From Squalus acanthias (lineage: Eukaryota), in NCBI GenBank assembly GCA_030390025.1, contig CM059433.1, forward strand, positions 3,038,001-3,102,000: DNA of 64,000 nt, in the 5' to 3' direction. Shown in pieces: positions 61,962-64,000 of this stretch. The notes beneath the pieces are model-generated. The model saw nothing but the letters and a program-made list of their open reading frames with translations. It searched no databases and was not told the origin of the DNA. The translations under genes were made by a program, and so were the position numbers. Position 1 is the stretch's first letter. Each line of letters begins with the position of its first letter.

Positions 61962-62097
61962 ATAAGAAGGTGGTTCACCCAAGACGAGGCTAGCCCATTG
62001 CACTTCGGGTGTGCTGACGCCTGTGATGTCCCCAAATGCGGGATATACTCGACTGTAAGATTTGTGGTAGTGGGGGACTGCGTTCGCGCTCTCCCTG
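61962..62097 (+). pseudogene. RNU1: U1 snRNA-derived sequence lacking the first ~30 nt
   Basis: AAGAAGGTGGTTCACCCA..GAGGCT..CCATTGCAC(U1A loop, 61997-62003)..GCTGAC..CCCCAAATG.GGGA..CTCGACTG..ATTTGTGG(Sm site)TAGTGGGGGACTGCGTTCGCGCTCTCCCTG (SL4, TTCG loop). The 5' ATACTTACCTG is absent. Confidence 0.93.
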
Positions 62098-62103
62098 GTT
62101 TAT

Positions 62104-63843
62104 GTGTCAGCTGTGGCTCAGTTGGTAGCACACTCGCCTCTGAGTCAGAAGGTTGTGGGTTCAAGTCTCACTCCATGGACTTGAGCACATAAAGCTAGGC
62201 TGACACTCCTTCTTCTTCTTGGGCAGTCCCTCGGAACCGAGGATGACTTGCTTCCACATTAAAAATGAGTTCGCAGGTGATTGATGAGTCCAATGCGGGA
62301 CTTACAGTCTCTGTCACAGGTGGGGCAGACGGTGGTTGAAGGGGCGGGTGGGTGGGGTGCTTGGGTTGACGTGCGCTGCCTGCGCTTGGCTTCAGCTTGC
62401 TCCCGGTGAAGAGACTCGAGGTGTTCGGCGCCTTTCCAGATGCTTCTCCTCCACTTTGTGCGGTCTTGGGCCAGGGATTCCCAGGTGTCGGTGGGGATGT
62501 TACACTTTTTCAAGGAGGCTTTGAGGGTGTCCTTGAAGCGTTTCCTCTGCCCACCTGGGGCTCTCTTGCCGTGTCGGAGCTCCGAGTAGAGCGCTTGTTT
62601 TAGGAGTCTCGTATCGGGCATGCGGACAATGTGACCCATCCATCGGAGCTGATCGAGCGTGGTCAAAGCTTCGATGCTGGGGATGTTGGCCTGAGCAAGA
62701 ACACTGACATTGGTGCGCCTATCCTGCCAATGGATTTGCAGGATCTTGCGGAGGCAGCGTTGGTGGTACCTCTCCAGTGCTTTGAAGTGCCTGCTGTACA
62801 TGGTCCATGTCTCTGAGGCATACAGGAGGGCGGGTATCACTACTGCTCTGTAGACCATGAGCTTAGTGCCGGGTTTGAGGTCCTGGTCTTCAAACACTCT
62901 CTTCCTCAGGCGACCGAAGGCTGCACTGGCACACTGAAGGCGGTGTTGGACTTCATTGTCGACGTCTGCCCTTATTGACAGTAGGCTCCCGAGGTATGGA
63001 AAGTGGTCCACGTTGTCCAAGGCCTTGTCGTGGATTTTGATAATCGGGGGGCAGTACTGTGTGGCGGGGGCAGGTTGGTAGAGGACCTTTGTCTTACAGA
63101 TGTTTAGTGTAAGGCCTATGCTCTCGTACGCTTCGGTGAAAGTGTTGACGATGGTTTGGAGTTTGATCTCCGAGTGAGCGCAGACACAAGCATCGTCTGC
63201 ATACTGTATTTCGACGACAGAGGATGGGACGACCTTGGATCTGGACTGGAGGCAACGGAGGTTGAACAGTTTCCCGTTTGTTCTGTAAATTAGCTCCACT
63301 CCAGCGGAGAGCTTACTGAGGGTGAGATGAAGCACTGCAGCCAGGAAGATCGAGAAGAGCATTGGTGCGATGACACAGCCTTGCTTGACCCCGGTTCGTA
63401 CGTGAATTGGGTTTGTGGTGGAACCGTTGGTCGGGATCACGGCTTGCATGTTGTCATGAAGCAGGCGGAGGATGGTGACACTCCAGTGCAGTGCTGAGGG
63501 AGTGCTGCACTGTCGGAGCTGCCATCTTTTGGATGAGACGTTAAACCGAGGCCCCGTCTGCCCTCCTAGGTGGACGTAAAAGATCCCATGGCACTATTAT
63601 GAAGAAGAGCAGGGGAGTTATCCCCGGTGTCCTGGGGGCCAATATTTATCACTCAATCAACATCACTAAAACAGATTATCTGGTTATTGCTGTTTGTGGG
63701 AGCTTGCTGTGCGCAAATTGGCTGCCGTGTTTCCTACATTACAACAGTGACTACACTTAAAAAATACTTCATTGGCTGTAAAGAGCTTTGGGGTGTCCAA
63801 TGGTCGTGAAAGGAGCTATATAAATGCAAGTCTTTCTTTCTTC
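62104..63843 (+). mobile_element. SacSINE1/DeuSINE-type SINE, full length, split by RTE-BovB
   Basis: Head 62104-62209, body 63476-63843; collinear with 43088-43565. Confidence 0.95.
62210..63475 (-). mobile_element. RTE-clade (BovB-like) LINE, 5'-truncated, uninterrupted ORF (62259-63449, 396 aa)
   Basis: GVKQGCVIAP, YADD, FPYLGS, LLYASETW, QLRWMGHIVRM and a C-terminal CxxC..H..H zinc finger; (AAG)n tail; perfect 9-bp TSD TGACACTCC (62201-09, 63476-84). Confidence 0.95.
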
Positions 63844-64000
63844 ATTCTTCCTTTTCTTATTTTCTCAAAATGATTTGAAAACAAGCTGGCAGATAAATTT
63901 AAAAAATGAGGTAAAATTTCACAAGGAAATTATATTTTTTTCTTCAGAAAGAGGCTACATTAGAGAGAGGACACAGACACACAAAGATATATGATTACAT

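Larger units (their letters stand above)
61410..64000. repeat. Diverged ~285-bp tandem repeat (3 units visible; U1, SINE and RTE inserted at the end of unit 2)
   Basis: AAATGATTTSAAA..CAAG at 61427, 61712 and 63872; GAGAGATAGYRAAACARAGA and AACTTGRAGTGTGTG shared by units 1 and 2. Confidence 0.7.

Overview
Repeat-dense vertebrate DNA, almost certainly from a shark. This is inferred from SacSINE1/DeuSINE-type SINEs together with abundant CR1, L2, Penelope, RTE-BovB and Harbinger elements. I could not recognise any host protein-coding exon, so the window is probably intronic or intergenic. Nearly all long ORFs are LINE ORF2 fragments or artefacts of tandem repeats. Contents: about 12 CR1 fragments, 4 L2 fragments, 2 Zenon-like LINE 3' ends with a SINE sharing their tail, 5 DeuSINE copies, and one young RTE-BovB fragment with a 9-bp TSD. 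Also present are 4 LTRs (3 solo LTRs with TG..CA ends and 4-bp TSDs), many PIF/Harbinger-type elements (MITEs, two copies of an internally deleted family, and a decayed two-gene element), a Tigger-like MITE, 4 minisatellites and a 1.2-kb G-tract. Highlights: (1) a 5'-truncated U1 snRNA copy 6 nt upstream of a full-length tRNA-derived SINE, both inside a diverged ~285-bp tandem repeat, which is a candidate U1-SINE chimeric retrocopy; (2) two minimal hammerhead ribozyme motifs in two different Penelope-like elements; (3) tandem ZNF143/Staf-like motifs upstream of the U1 copy; (4) several multi-level nested insertions that can be ordered by TSD. Family names come from recall of consensus motifs, not from database searches, and boundaries are approximate unless a TSD is quoted.
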